Shown piece after piece: positions 37,848-46,660 of a DNA stretch of 64,000 nucleotides. Position 1 is the first letter of the stretch, and the number at the start of each line of letters is the position of its first letter. The stretch comes from a virus. The stretch is from positions 1 to 64,000 of IMG/VR virus record IMGVR_UViG_3300020167_000001, one strand, 5' to 3'. A program made the translations under genes and the position numbers. The notes under the pieces were generated by a model. It was not told the DNA's origin. It did not search any database and saw only the letters and a program-made list of their open reading frames with translations.

Positions 37848-39473
37848 ATGTCAACTCCAGTTTTAAACAACGGTATATTCTTGCGTGACACAAACTACAA
37901 TGCTAGTTCTCATGTAGATTCTTACCACTTAGTAAACATGCTTAAGGATGCCGAACCAATGGATATGGGACCAGTAGATATCTGGGCTATGTCTCAAAAA
38001 GTTGAAATGCCTTTATACCAATTATCATCTTTTGGTGGTAAGAACATTATCATGGTTGATAATGCTCGCGGTGAATACAAATGGCAAACTCCTGTATCTC
38101 AGGATTTACCTTACATCATTGAAGATATTGAACCGGCTAACCTTAACAAAGGTGTTGATGGTACAACTTTCAAGATTAAAATCAACAAACGTGAATTTGG
38201 TCATGGTGATATCATCACTTATGATAAATATAATGGTGTTGAGATGTACATTACAGCTGATGATATCTTACCTATGGGAGATGGATTCATCTACACAGTA
38301 CAATTAGTAAACAATGACAACTACAAATTCCTAGAGAATAAGTATTTAACTCCTCAAACTAAATTATTCCGTAAAGGTTCTGCTCGTGGAGAATATGGTG
38401 AAAGATTCTCTGATATCCAAACTAAAGCTGGATTCCGTGAGTTCTACAACTTCGTAGGTGGAGCTGAAGCACATGTTCATTATTCAGTATCTTCTCGTGC
38501 TGACTTAATGTTAAAAGGTGGTATGAATGCAGATGGTACAGTTCCTGTAACTGAAATCTGGAGAAACTTTGACAAGAATGTAGATCCATCAATTTCTAAA
38601 ATTGAGGACATTGCTTCTAAGATGGGTAAAGACTACTTAAAACGTGCTGTAGGAAATGGTACATTAACCCGTACTTTCTTAACATCGATGGAGTCTGCTC
38701 ACTTAACTAAAATTGCTACTGACATTGAGACTTACTTAATGTGGGGTCATGGTGGTGGATTGAAGCAAGATGGTCCAGATGATATGCGTTTATCAGTGGG
38801 TCTTTGGAAACAATTAGACAACTCTTACAAACGCGTATACAACAAGTCTAGTTTCTCATTAGAATTGTTCCGTTCTGAGTTGTATAACTTCTATGCTGGT
38901 CGTGTAGAGTTCCAAGGTCCAGATCCTAAGAGACAATTAATTGTTCAAACAGGTATGGGTGGTATGAGATTAGTAAATGAGGCTATCAAGCGTGAAGCTG
39001 TTAACTCTGGTTTAGTAATCCAAGCTGCAAGCAACAATGGTATTGGAGCTATCTCTGGTCAAGGAATGGACTTAAACTTTGGATTTGCTTTCACATCTTA
39101 TGTGATTCCTTTCTTAGCAAATGTGAAATTTGTATTAAACCCTGCATTTGATAACTTACATACAAATGATATTGAGAACCCAATCATTGATGGTAACCCA
39201 TTAAGTTCTTACTCATTTGTTATCTTTGATATCACTGATACAGGAAACGATAACATCTTCATGTTAAAATTATCTTGGGATAATCAATTGAAATGGTGGT
39301 ACCAAAACGGTACTATGGATTACATGGGAAGAACTCAAGGGTTCCAATCATCTGGTCAATTCAATGGTTACCGTGTGATGATGTCACAAACAATGCCAGC
39401 TATTTGGGTTAAAGATCCAACTAAGGTATTAAAAATTGTAATGAGAAACCCTATCACAGGAGGATCATTCTAA
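37848..39473 (+). CDS. major capsid protein
   Basis: 541 aa, crAss-like synteny (terL-portal-scaffold-MCP), high-expression codon usage, strong terminator after it. Confidence 0.85.
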   Translation: MSTPVLNNGIFLRDTNYNASSHVDSYHLVNMLKDAEPMDMGPVDIWAMSQKVEMPLYQLSSFGGKNIIMVDNARGEYKWQTPVSQDLPYIIEDIEPANLNKGVDGTTFKIKINKREFGHGDIITYDKYNGVEMYITADDILPMGDGFIYTVQLVNNDNYKFLENKYLTPQTKLFRKGSARGEYGERFSDIQTKAGFREFYNFVGGAEAHVHYSVSSRADLMLKGGMNADGTVPVTEIWRNFDKNVDPSISKIEDIASKMGKDYLKRAVGNGTLTRTFLTSMESAHLTKIATDIETYLMWGHGGGLKQDGPDDMRLSVGLWKQLDNSYKRVYNKSSFSLELFRSELYNFYAGRVEFQGPDPKRQLIVQTGMGGMRLVNEAIKREAVNSGLVIQAASNNGIGAISGQGMDLNFGFAFTSYVIPFLANVKFVLNPAFDNLHTNDIENPIIDGNPLSSYSFVIFDITDTGNDNIFMLKLSWDNQLKWWYQNGTMDYMGRTQGFQSSGQFNGYRVMMSQTMPAIWVKDPTKVLKIVMRNPITGGSF

Positions 39474-39478
39474 TAACT

Positions 39479-39510
39479 AGGAAGGGTGTAACAGCCCTTC
39501 CTTTTTTCTT
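39479..39510 (+). terminator. intrinsic terminator after MCP
   Basis: AGGAAGGG-TGTAACAG-CCCTTCCTTTTTT. Confidence 0.75.
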
Positions 39511-39581
39511 CACAAGTTGCAACAGACGAGGGAATCAACATCCCGGTGAAGATCAAATATTAACTATAAAAACTAAAAACA

Positions 39582-40106
39582 ATGTCTATATTATCAACAC
39601 TTGTTGCAACAAGAAAAAGAACTTTTAATTTTTTATCAGGTACCAATCAATTAGCTACCATAGCTGATGTAAATAAAGTTATTAATGCTCTTAATAACTT
39701 AGTACCTTACAGAATGTATGATGTAGCTATTACTCAATCAAGTACTGATGCTCCTGTATTATCTAAATTAGCAGCTGGTGCTAAAGAATGCGGAGTTACA
39801 TGTGATTGTAAAACTGTAAATTGTGATTGTTCTTCTCCATGTGGCGATGATTCATCATTTAGTGTATCTACTAGTTATTCTGCTGTTGGTGTTTATGATT
39901 TTACTTTTACTTTAGATCCTAAAGCTTATCCTAAACCTATTAAAAATATAGGGTTCTTCTTTGGTACTTTACCAAGTGTAGAATCAAAAGTAGGTGTTGC
40001 TAAAATCAGCACTAATGTTTACAGATTAACAACAGCTGATAAATCTAATGTAGCAACAAACGGATTGTTAACAGATACAGTTCTTGCTATGAAGATTTAT
40101 TTCTAA
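39582..40106 (+). CDS. putative capsid accessory protein
   Basis: 174 aa after MCP, with a Cys-rich insert CGVTCDCKTVNCDCSSPC. Confidence 0.6.
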   Translation: MSILSTLVATRKRTFNFLSGTNQLATIADVNKVINALNNLVPYRMYDVAITQSSTDAPVLSKLAAGAKECGVTCDCKTVNCDCSSPCGDDSSFSVSTSYSAVGVYDFTFTLDPKAYPKPIKNIGFFFGTLPSVESKVGVAKISTNVYRLTTADKSNVATNGLLTDTVLAMKIYF

Positions 40107-40149
40107 ATAATTATTACCTTTACAATATAAACCAACAAAAACCAACAAC

Positions 40150-41166
40150 ATGAGTATTTCAATTGTATCACTAGCTGAAACAGCTAAATCTGGTAGTATA
40201 TCTATCAAACCGTTCTTTGACCCAACTAAAACTAATCTAGGACTTGAAAAGTACGGCATGTCTTTATTTGATGGCATCTTTCATGAAGAGCAATTAGCTT
40301 GTATTGAAAGAAATGGTATTCAAAGATATCTTACCGGATTAAATGAATATGCTCCTGAAATCAAAGCTATTACTGATGAAGCTGCAAAAGAAGCTAAGAT
40401 TAAGGAAATTAGAAAAGTAGTAGCTGAACTTGAAAGAGATTTAGCAGCAAATTATATTAAAGTTGATGATCCTGATTTCTGGTCTAAAGTAGTTTTACTT
40501 AAACCTGACAATCATGAGTTTTGGAGTAAGATAACAATCCGTTGTGGAAACGAGCCTGTTTATCTTGACCCCGTAAAAGACCCGCATGATTTAATTAAAC
40601 TTTATGCAATTGAGGCTGGTGGATTTTCTATCATCGGTAAGAGCTTTGAAGAAGCTAGAAGCCGTTCAGTAGCTCCTAAGTTTTTCTTAGATAAGTTTGT
40701 TGAAACTGTTTCTACAAAAACTGAAGTAAGTAAATTGAGAAATAAAGCTATTTCTGAACTTACTAAGTTGTTTGATAAGAACCAAAACAAGTTATTATAT
40801 GTAGCTAAAGTGGTTGATGGAAACAGTGTTCAGTATAAAAAATCTACTCCTAATGATGTTGTTTATGATAACATGGATAAATTCATTAGAGGAGAAGGTG
40901 TTGAACCAAATATCAAACGAGCTGCTCAAACTTTCATAGATGCTGCAGCTTTAGATATGGAGACTTTAAAAATAAGAGCAATTGTAAAAGATTCTACTTA
41001 TTATAAATTCATCATTCCTAAATCTGATGGTTTTATTTACCATACTGAATCTAATGCTATGATGGGTCGTAATGCTGCTGATTGTATTGAATACTTAAAG
41101 AATCCTTTACAAGATCAAATCTTGTTGGATTTAACTAAGAAATTAGAAAAACACTGGAATTTATAA
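40150..41166 (+). CDS. conserved crAss-like hypothetical protein
   Basis: 338-aa ORF with a doubled AAACCAAC leader. Confidence 0.75.
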   Translation: MSISIVSLAETAKSGSISIKPFFDPTKTNLGLEKYGMSLFDGIFHEEQLACIERNGIQRYLTGLNEYAPEIKAITDEAAKEAKIKEIRKVVAELERDLAANYIKVDDPDFWSKVVLLKPDNHEFWSKITIRCGNEPVYLDPVKDPHDLIKLYAIEAGGFSIIGKSFEEARSRSVAPKFFLDKFVETVSTKTEVSKLRNKAISELTKLFDKNQNKLLYVAKVVDGNSVQYKKSTPNDVVYDNMDKFIRGEGVEPNIKRAAQTFIDAAALDMETLKIRAIVKDSTYYKFIIPKSDGFIYHTESNAMMGRNAADCIEYLKNPLQDQILLDLTKKLEKHWNL

Positions 41167-41184
41167 ACATTAAAAATTAATATC

Positions 41185-41355
41185 ATGGCTGGACAAATGA
41201 AAACCGCAAACAAGTTTCCTCAAGTTGTAACATCTCCTACTAGATACACTGGTGGAAAAAATGCAGATGTTACTGTAGTTACTAACCCTACCCGTTACAC
41301 TGGTGGTTTGAATAAAGCTGCATGTGATGTACCAAATGGTAGATTAAAAAAATAA
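41185..41355 (+). CDS. tiny basic protein with internal repeat (not in ORF track)
   Basis: MAGQMKTANKFPQVVTSPTRYTGGKNADVTVVTNPTRYTGGLNK.. (56 aa). Confidence 0.6.
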   Translation: MAGQMKTANKFPQVVTSPTRYTGGKNADVTVVTNPTRYTGGLNKAACDVPNGRLKK

Positions 41356-41357
41356 TC

Positions 41358-41498
41358 ATGGCAAAAGTAAAAACAAATACTCCAGCAAAAGTTTCTAAAA
41401 AAGCATCTGTTAAATTTACAGGTCCTCAAAGCAAAGCTCCAAAAGGGGCTGTACCAGCAATGAAAATGGGAGGTGCTAAATCTAAAAAATCTTGTTAA
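41358..41498 (+). CDS. tiny Lys-rich protein (not in ORF track)
   Basis: MAKVKTNTPAKVSKKASVK..AMKMGGAKSKKSC* (46 aa). Confidence 0.6.
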   Translation: MAKVKTNTPAKVSKKASVKFTGPQSKAPKGAVPAMKMGGAKSKKSC

Positions 41499-41499
41499 T

Positions 41500-41703
41500 A
41501 TGGCAAAGACAAAAATATCAAGTGATCCTTACCAGGCTAAATGGGATTTGGATACTTTAAGACAGGCTAAAGAAATTGAAGCTAATAGAGCTAGAATGAA
41601 TGCTGCAAAAACATATGCTAAAGAACAAGTTAAAATGTTAGGTGGTATAGTTTCAGGTTCAGGAAAGGCTCCAGCTAAAAAAACTACTACAAAAAAGAAG
41701 TAG
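41500..41703 (+). CDS. small basic protein
   Basis: MAKTKISSDPYQAKWDLDTLRQAKEIE..; start moved to ATG 41500. Confidence 0.65.
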   Translation: MAKTKISSDPYQAKWDLDTLRQAKEIEANRARMNAAKTYAKEQVKMLGGIVSGSGKAPAKKTTTKKK

Positions 41704-41705
41704 TC

Positions 41706-41855
41706 ATGGCTGATAAAAAGTGGATACAGAAAGCTACCGCTTCCATTAAAAAAAGAGGTACAGCAGGTAAATGTACACCTATTAGTAAACCAGGTTGCAC
41801 AGGTAAAGCAAAAGCATTAGCTTTGACTTTTAAAAAAATGGCTAAAAACAGATAG
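41706..41855 (+). CDS. tiny Lys-rich protein (not in ORF track)
   Basis: MADKKWIQKATASIKKRGTAGKCTPISKPGCTGKAKALALTFKKMAKNR*. Confidence 0.65.
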   Translation: MADKKWIQKATASIKKRGTAGKCTPISKPGCTGKAKALALTFKKMAKNR

Positions 41856-41856
41856 T

Positions 41857-42006
41857 ATGGCTAAAGAAATGATTAAAAGAAAAGACGGTAGTGTTTCCCA
41901 AAGAGGTCTCTGGGATAACGTCCGTGCTAACAAAGGCTCTGGTAAAAAACCTACCAAAGAAATGCTTAAACAAGAAAAAAAGATTAAATCTAAAACTAAG
42001 AAATAA
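41857..42006 (+). CDS. tiny Lys-rich protein (not in ORF track)
   Basis: MAKEMIKRKDGSVSQRGLWDNVRANKGSGKKPTKEMLKQEKKIKSKTKK*. Confidence 0.65.
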   Translation: MAKEMIKRKDGSVSQRGLWDNVRANKGSGKKPTKEMLKQEKKIKSKTKK

Positions 42007-42185
42007 TGGCTGATACAGATCAAAAAATTAATAAGTGGGGATTAGGTTTAGAATATGCTGACTCTACTAAATATAAAATGGAAAAAGGAGATCATATTTC
42101 TAAGTATGAAATATGGGAAGAAATAAAAAAAGCTTTTGAAGAAGGTTTTGATAAAGCTAAAGAACTTTATAATATAAAAGACTAA
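42006..42185 (+). CDS. small hypothetical protein (not in ORF track)
   Basis: 59 aa MADTDQKINKWGLGLEY..; TAATG overlaps on both sides. Confidence 0.5.
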   Translation: MADTDQKINKWGLGLEYADSTKYKMEKGDHISKYEIWEEIKKAFEEGFDKAKELYNIKD

Positions 42186-42294
42186 TGGTAAAAGATTTAA
42201 AAATATGGAATATGCTTTGTAAAAAGCTAAAACATCTAAATGATAATAACTATACTGCTAGAAAAATTTATGATAATTTAAAAAGAATTAAATA

Positions 42295-42549
42295 ATGGCA
42301 AAAACTCCAGCATGGACCAGATCTGAAGGTAAAAGTAAAACTGGTGGGTTAAACCAAAAAGGTAGAGACTCTTATAATAAAGCTAATCCCGGATCAAATC
42401 TTAAGGCTCCACAGCCTGAAGGAGGTCCTAGAAAAAAATCATTCTGTGCAAGAATGTCTGGTGTAAAAGGGCCAATGAAAAAACCTAATGGTGAACCTAC
42501 AAGAAAAGCATTAGCTTTGACTTTTAAAAAAATAGCTAAAAAGAAGTAA
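42295..42549 (+). CDS. small basic phage protein (DUF6321-like)
   Basis: PAWTRSEGKSKTGGLNQKGR..NLKAP..RKKSFCARM motif. Confidence 0.7.
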   Translation: MAKTPAWTRSEGKSKTGGLNQKGRDSYNKANPGSNLKAPQPEGGPRKKSFCARMSGVKGPMKKPNGEPTRKALALTFKKIAKKK

Positions 42550-42550
42550 T

Positions 42551-42754
42551 ATGAAAAAAGCAAATGCAGCCAAAGTAATGAAACACTTCAATGATCAGCA
42601 AGATAAGTTGAACAAAGGTGGTTCTATTCTTTCTACAGACTCAAAGATTTTGGGTGTGTATGGTAAGACAGTAGAAGGTAATTCTCCTAACAAGAAACAA
42701 CCGCGTGTTGAGGTTCAGCAGGTGTTTAAAACAAAACCATTTAACTTTGGATAA
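42551..42754 (+). CDS. small hypothetical protein
   Basis: 67 aa, in the operon. Confidence 0.55.
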   Translation: MKKANAAKVMKHFNDQQDKLNKGGSILSTDSKILGVYGKTVEGNSPNKKQPRVEVQQVFKTKPFNFG

Positions 42755-43260
42755 TGCTTAATTCAGCTATTCTCATAACTAATACAGTAGAGCCTACCCC
42801 TAAAAAAAGTAGAGCTCTTACTTATTATTATAAAAATAAAGAAAAAATAGCTGCATATAAAAAAGCTCATTATCATGCTAATATTGATACATATAAAGCA
42901 AGAGCTGCCAAGTTTGGTAAAAGTGAAATTAGAAAAAAGTATTTAATTAACAATAAAGAAAAAACAAAGACCTATAATAAAGAAAGATGGTTAAAAGTAA
43001 AAGATGCTAAACCTCATTTAAAAGCTATTTATGGTATAACTTTGGAAGAATATTCTTTAATGTTTGAAAAACAAGAAGGTTGCTGTTCAGGTTGTAAAAA
43101 ACATAGATCAACTTTAAAAAGTGATTTATGTGTAGATCATTGTCACACAACTGGAAAAGTAAGAGGTTTATTATGTGCAAAATGTAATACAGCTTTAGGA
43201 ATGATTGAAGATAATACTAATACATTGTTAAATCTTATAACTTATTTAAACAATGCTTAA
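42754..43260 (+). CDS. endonuclease VII-family (His-Me) free-standing homing endonuclease
   Basis: YGITLEEY..QEGCCSGC..LCVDHCHTTGKVRGLLCAKCNTALG. Confidence 0.85.
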   Translation: MLNSAILITNTVEPTPKKSRALTYYYKNKEKIAAYKKAHYHANIDTYKARAAKFGKSEIRKKYLINNKEKTKTYNKERWLKVKDAKPHLKAIYGITLEEYSLMFEKQEGCCSGCKKHRSTLKSDLCVDHCHTTGKVRGLLCAKCNTALGMIEDNTNTLLNLITYLNNA

Positions 43261-43957
43261 TCAGGCTATATTAATCAAAGTGAAAAATCGCTTAAACAAA
43301 TTATCATCTAATGACTACGATAATATTGAGTCATGGCAAATTGTTGAGGCTTTTAACAAAGGACAGGTTGACTGGTGCCGTAGAAATTTACATGGATTAA
43401 ATATTGTAAAAGAAGGTGATGAACAGTCTACTAGGAGAATAGATGATTTACAGGTTTTATTAACTACTTTATCATTAACCCTTGTTAATAAACAAACTTA
43501 TTTTGAGAGTACTAATTTCCCGGCTAATTATTTACAGTGGAAAAGAGTATCAGCAAATGCTAAAAGTGATTGTTGCCCAGAACCAAAACCTATGATTGTT
43601 TATCTAGGTGAAGTGGCCAATGTAGATGATATCTTAAGAGATAAAAACAAAAATCCTAATTATGATTGGGGTGAAACTTTTGCTACTATTTCCAATAACC
43701 AAATCCAGATTTATACAAACGGAGATTTTACAATAGCTAATGCTTCATTTGTACATTATAGACAACCAAGACATATTCAAATTGCTGGAGTTACGGATCC
43801 TTATACAGGAATTGTTCCTGCAATAGATATAATCTCAGAATTTAAAGATGACTTAGTTGAAGTATTTATTGATGAAGCTGTGAAAATCATAGCTGGTGAT
43901 ATTGAGTCTATGACTCAGGTATCTATCGCGGCACAAAGAACTGAACAAAATAATTAA
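43253..43957 (+). CDS. putative head-tail adaptor / ring protein
   Basis: 234 aa; RLNKLSSNDY..EAFNKGQ..RRIDDLQVL crAss-like structural pattern. Confidence 0.6.
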   Translation: MLNQAILIKVKNRLNKLSSNDYDNIESWQIVEAFNKGQVDWCRRNLHGLNIVKEGDEQSTRRIDDLQVLLTTLSLTLVNKQTYFESTNFPANYLQWKRVSANAKSDCCPEPKPMIVYLGEVANVDDILRDKNKNPNYDWGETFATISNNQIQIYTNGDFTIANASFVHYRQPRHIQIAGVTDPYTGIVPAIDIISEFKDDLVEVFIDEAVKIIAGDIESMTQVSIAAQRTEQNN

Positions 43958-43962
43958 TTATC

Positions 43963-44391
43963 ATGAATCAACCTTTTGTAAAAAGACCAGGCACAGAAAA
44001 AAAATCAGATACCCTAGAGACCAGTGTTGCTAGTTGTGTATCTGAGTTAATGAATGCTGCAGTGTCTATGCACAAGATGCATTTAAAGATTACAGGTGTT
44101 GGATCATATGCCGGCCATAAAGCTCTTAATGAATTGTATGATGCTTTACCGGGACATGCCGATGACTTAGCTGAACAGTTCCAAGGAGCTTCTGAAAAGT
44201 TATTATCTTATGAGGATCTTGCTCCAAAATCTATTAACTCTGTAGGAGAAGCTCTAACTTATATGAGAGAGATGGCCCAAACAATTACAGCTTTACAAGC
44301 TAAAATGCCTTACAGTGAAATCATAAATGACCTTGATACTATCAAGTCTACATTGAACTCAATAAAATATAAATTACTTTTCTTAAAATAA
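43963..44391 (+). CDS. Dps/ferritin-like protein
   Basis: HKMHL..SYAGHKALNELYD..DDLAEQFQG ferroxidase-type ligands in a four-helix bundle. Confidence 0.75.
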   Translation: MNQPFVKRPGTEKKSDTLETSVASCVSELMNAAVSMHKMHLKITGVGSYAGHKALNELYDALPGHADDLAEQFQGASEKLLSYEDLAPKSINSVGEALTYMREMAQTITALQAKMPYSEIINDLDTIKSTLNSIKYKLLFLK

Positions 44392-44464
44392 ATTTGGAAA
44401 TTCATAAAGAATAACATATATTAGTATTAACTTTTATTTATAAACAACAAAAAACAAAAACAAA

Positions 44465-45820
44465 ATGGCTTATTTTAATCACGCGTTCAGCAAAAGATTC
44501 TTAGGAACTGGTGCTACAAGAACAGCTCTTTCAACAGGAGCTCCAATCACAGCTTTAAACCCTGCTTCAACAGGTGGTATGATTACTACTGCAGGAACTA
44601 CTACAGCTACATTATCAACTTTAACTCCAGGTTACTTTGGATTCTTTGATCCAAAAACTTATCTATGTGTAGGTACCGTAGTTGCAGATGCATGTTGCCC
44701 TTTATTGTTAGCTAGTTCTGCTTTGCAAACTAATGACAAAATTGGACCTTTTCACGGAGGATATAAAGAAACTAACAAATCAAAAGTTATTAACCCTAAA
44801 TATGTACAAGCTGCATATCGTGTTGATGACTGTGTTCCTAAACAAGCAGTAACTTCTGTAGGTGTAACTCCTGAAACAGTAGTACCAGGTTTACCTGTTA
44901 CAGGTTTCCAAGGTGGTACAGTTCAAGCTAACTGTCCATATGAGTTCTTATGTGGTGAAACTTACTACTTAAGAATTGATGTTAAAGGTTCACCAGCTTT
45001 ACGTGCTTTAAATCACAATGCTTACCAAACATTATCTGCTTACACAGGTTGTTGTTCTGGTCCTGTTCCTGATGCAGTTGACCCTACATTAGTGTACATT
45101 GAGTGGGCAAAAGCTTTAATTATCAATAACTATTTAAATCCATTCGTATTACCAGTTGTATTTGATACAACAGGAGCTCCTTGGTATGCACCAGGAACAA
45201 CTGTAGATCCTATTTCAGGAGCTGCTGTAATTCCAGCTCAATGGTGGGATGCTTACGTATCTCCAGCAGGACCATATGCAGGTTTAACTGCAGGTATGCG
45301 TTTATTTGGAGCTTATGTAGGAACTGTATTTGGAGATTGTACTTTCCAAATCACTGATTTCTTCGAAAGAGAGCCAGTTAAAATTTATGCATCTTTAGTA
45401 GATTACAATGGTGATCCATGTGTATTTGAAGGATTATGTGTATACAATGATTGTTTAGGTTTACAAGGTATGGGCTTTGGAGATACAGTTTTAAAAGACT
45501 TTATCTTATCTGAGTCTTACTTACAAAACTTCTTCCACTCTGATTTACGTATCCGTGAAATTACTCAAGGTTATGATATCAGTAATGCTATCCCAAGAAA
45601 TGCTTTATACACTCGTTACTATATCTTACATAGTGTACCTCGTTTCAACAACCCATCTGGAGTTTTTGATAATGACCGTTACATGTTAGAAGTAGTTACA
45701 GGAACTGCAGGTAATGCTGCTTTAGATACTTTCTTAGCTACATGGTTAGATACATGTGCAAACTGTGTTCCTTTTGACACACATGCTTGTGTAGCTTGTG
45801 TACCAGAACCTAATGCTTAA
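44465..45820 (+). CDS. abundant structural protein (auxiliary capsid/tail)
   Basis: 451 aa with its own promoter (44394-44424) and terminator; MCP-like codon bias. Confidence 0.65.
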   Translation: MAYFNHAFSKRFLGTGATRTALSTGAPITALNPASTGGMITTAGTTTATLSTLTPGYFGFFDPKTYLCVGTVVADACCPLLLASSALQTNDKIGPFHGGYKETNKSKVINPKYVQAAYRVDDCVPKQAVTSVGVTPETVVPGLPVTGFQGGTVQANCPYEFLCGETYYLRIDVKGSPALRALNHNAYQTLSAYTGCCSGPVPDAVDPTLVYIEWAKALIINNYLNPFVLPVVFDTTGAPWYAPGTTVDPISGAAVIPAQWWDAYVSPAGPYAGLTAGMRLFGAYVGTVFGDCTFQITDFFEREPVKIYASLVDYNGDPCVFEGLCVYNDCLGLQGMGFGDTVLKDFILSESYLQNFFHSDLRIREITQGYDISNAIPRNALYTRYYILHSVPRFNNPSGVFDNDRYMLEVVTGTAGNAALDTFLATWLDTCANCVPFDTHACVACVPEPNA

Positions 45821-45840
45821 TTATTAACCTAATAAAAAAT

Positions 45841-45873
45841 AAAAAGGAGGAGACAAAAACTCCTCCTTTTTTT
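45841..45873. terminator. intrinsic terminator (bidirectional)
   Basis: AAAAAGGAGGAG-ACAAAAA-CTCCTCCTTTTTTT. Confidence 0.8.
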
Positions 45874-45886
45874 ATATCTTTGTATT

Positions 45887-46450
45887 ATGTCAAAACATGT
45901 ATTAAGTCTGGAAATTCCAGATACAATGAATAAATGTATCTTCAGAGTAGTAGATACTAGTGTGTATGCAACAGGTATACCTATTACATGTCCACTTTTA
46001 CAAATAACGGTTCCGGGATTTAATACTCCTGTAAACTTTGCTTCCCCTCAAATTGAACCAGGTTTTAATGCAAATATGACAGCTTGTGATTTAGAGATTC
46101 AATCTAATGAATGTGGTACTCAATTTTATGATGTTCCTGATGGAATTTATGTTATTAAGTATAGTGTGCAGCCAAAAGATTATGTATATGTAGAATATAA
46201 TCATCTTCGCGTAACATGTGCACTTAATAAAATCAAAGCTATTTATTGTGATTTACAATTAGGAGCTTGTGATCCACCAGCAAGTAAGAAAGATAAGCTT
46301 AATCAGATTAGATTAATAGAACAATATCTTAAAGCGGCCAAAGCATATGTAGAAGATTGCCACGATCCTAAAAGAGGTATGGAACTTTACAAATATGCTA
46401 ATTCTCTATTAGATAAAATGACCTGCAGTACAGGTTGCAAAACATGTTAA
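45887..46450 (+). CDS. putative structural protein
   Basis: 187 aa, PDGIYVIKYSV motif, Cys-rich. Confidence 0.65.
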   Translation: MSKHVLSLEIPDTMNKCIFRVVDTSVYATGIPITCPLLQITVPGFNTPVNFASPQIEPGFNANMTACDLEIQSNECGTQFYDVPDGIYVIKYSVQPKDYVYVEYNHLRVTCALNKIKAIYCDLQLGACDPPASKKDKLNQIRLIEQYLKAAKAYVEDCHDPKRGMELYKYANSLLDKMTCSTGCKTC

Positions 46451-46471
46451 ACCAATAAAAACCAACATAAA

Positions 46472-46651
46472 ATGACTTGTTCAAATTGTAAAACAACACT
46501 AGGTTGTTCTTGTCAAAGAAAGACAGCCTCAAATGGAGTTAGTGTGTGTAACACATGTTTAGCTACTTACGAAGCTTCATTGAAAGGATTAACTGTTCCC
46601 AAACCGGGAACTCCTCAAGTAAGAACTTTTAGAGCACCTAATTCAAAATAA
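46472..46651 (+). CDS. small Cys-rich protein (not in ORF track)
   Basis: MTCSNCKTTLGCSCQRKTASNGVSVCNTC..; AAACCAAC leader. Confidence 0.6.
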   Translation: MTCSNCKTTLGCSCQRKTASNGVSVCNTCLATYEASLKGLTVPKPGTPQVRTFRAPNSK

Positions 46652-46660
46652 AAATAAGCT

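Noticed and set aside
31425-39473. Introns or inteins in terminase, portal or MCP
   Set aside because: ORFs are continuous and of expected size; no intein splice-junction or LAGLIDADG motifs seen
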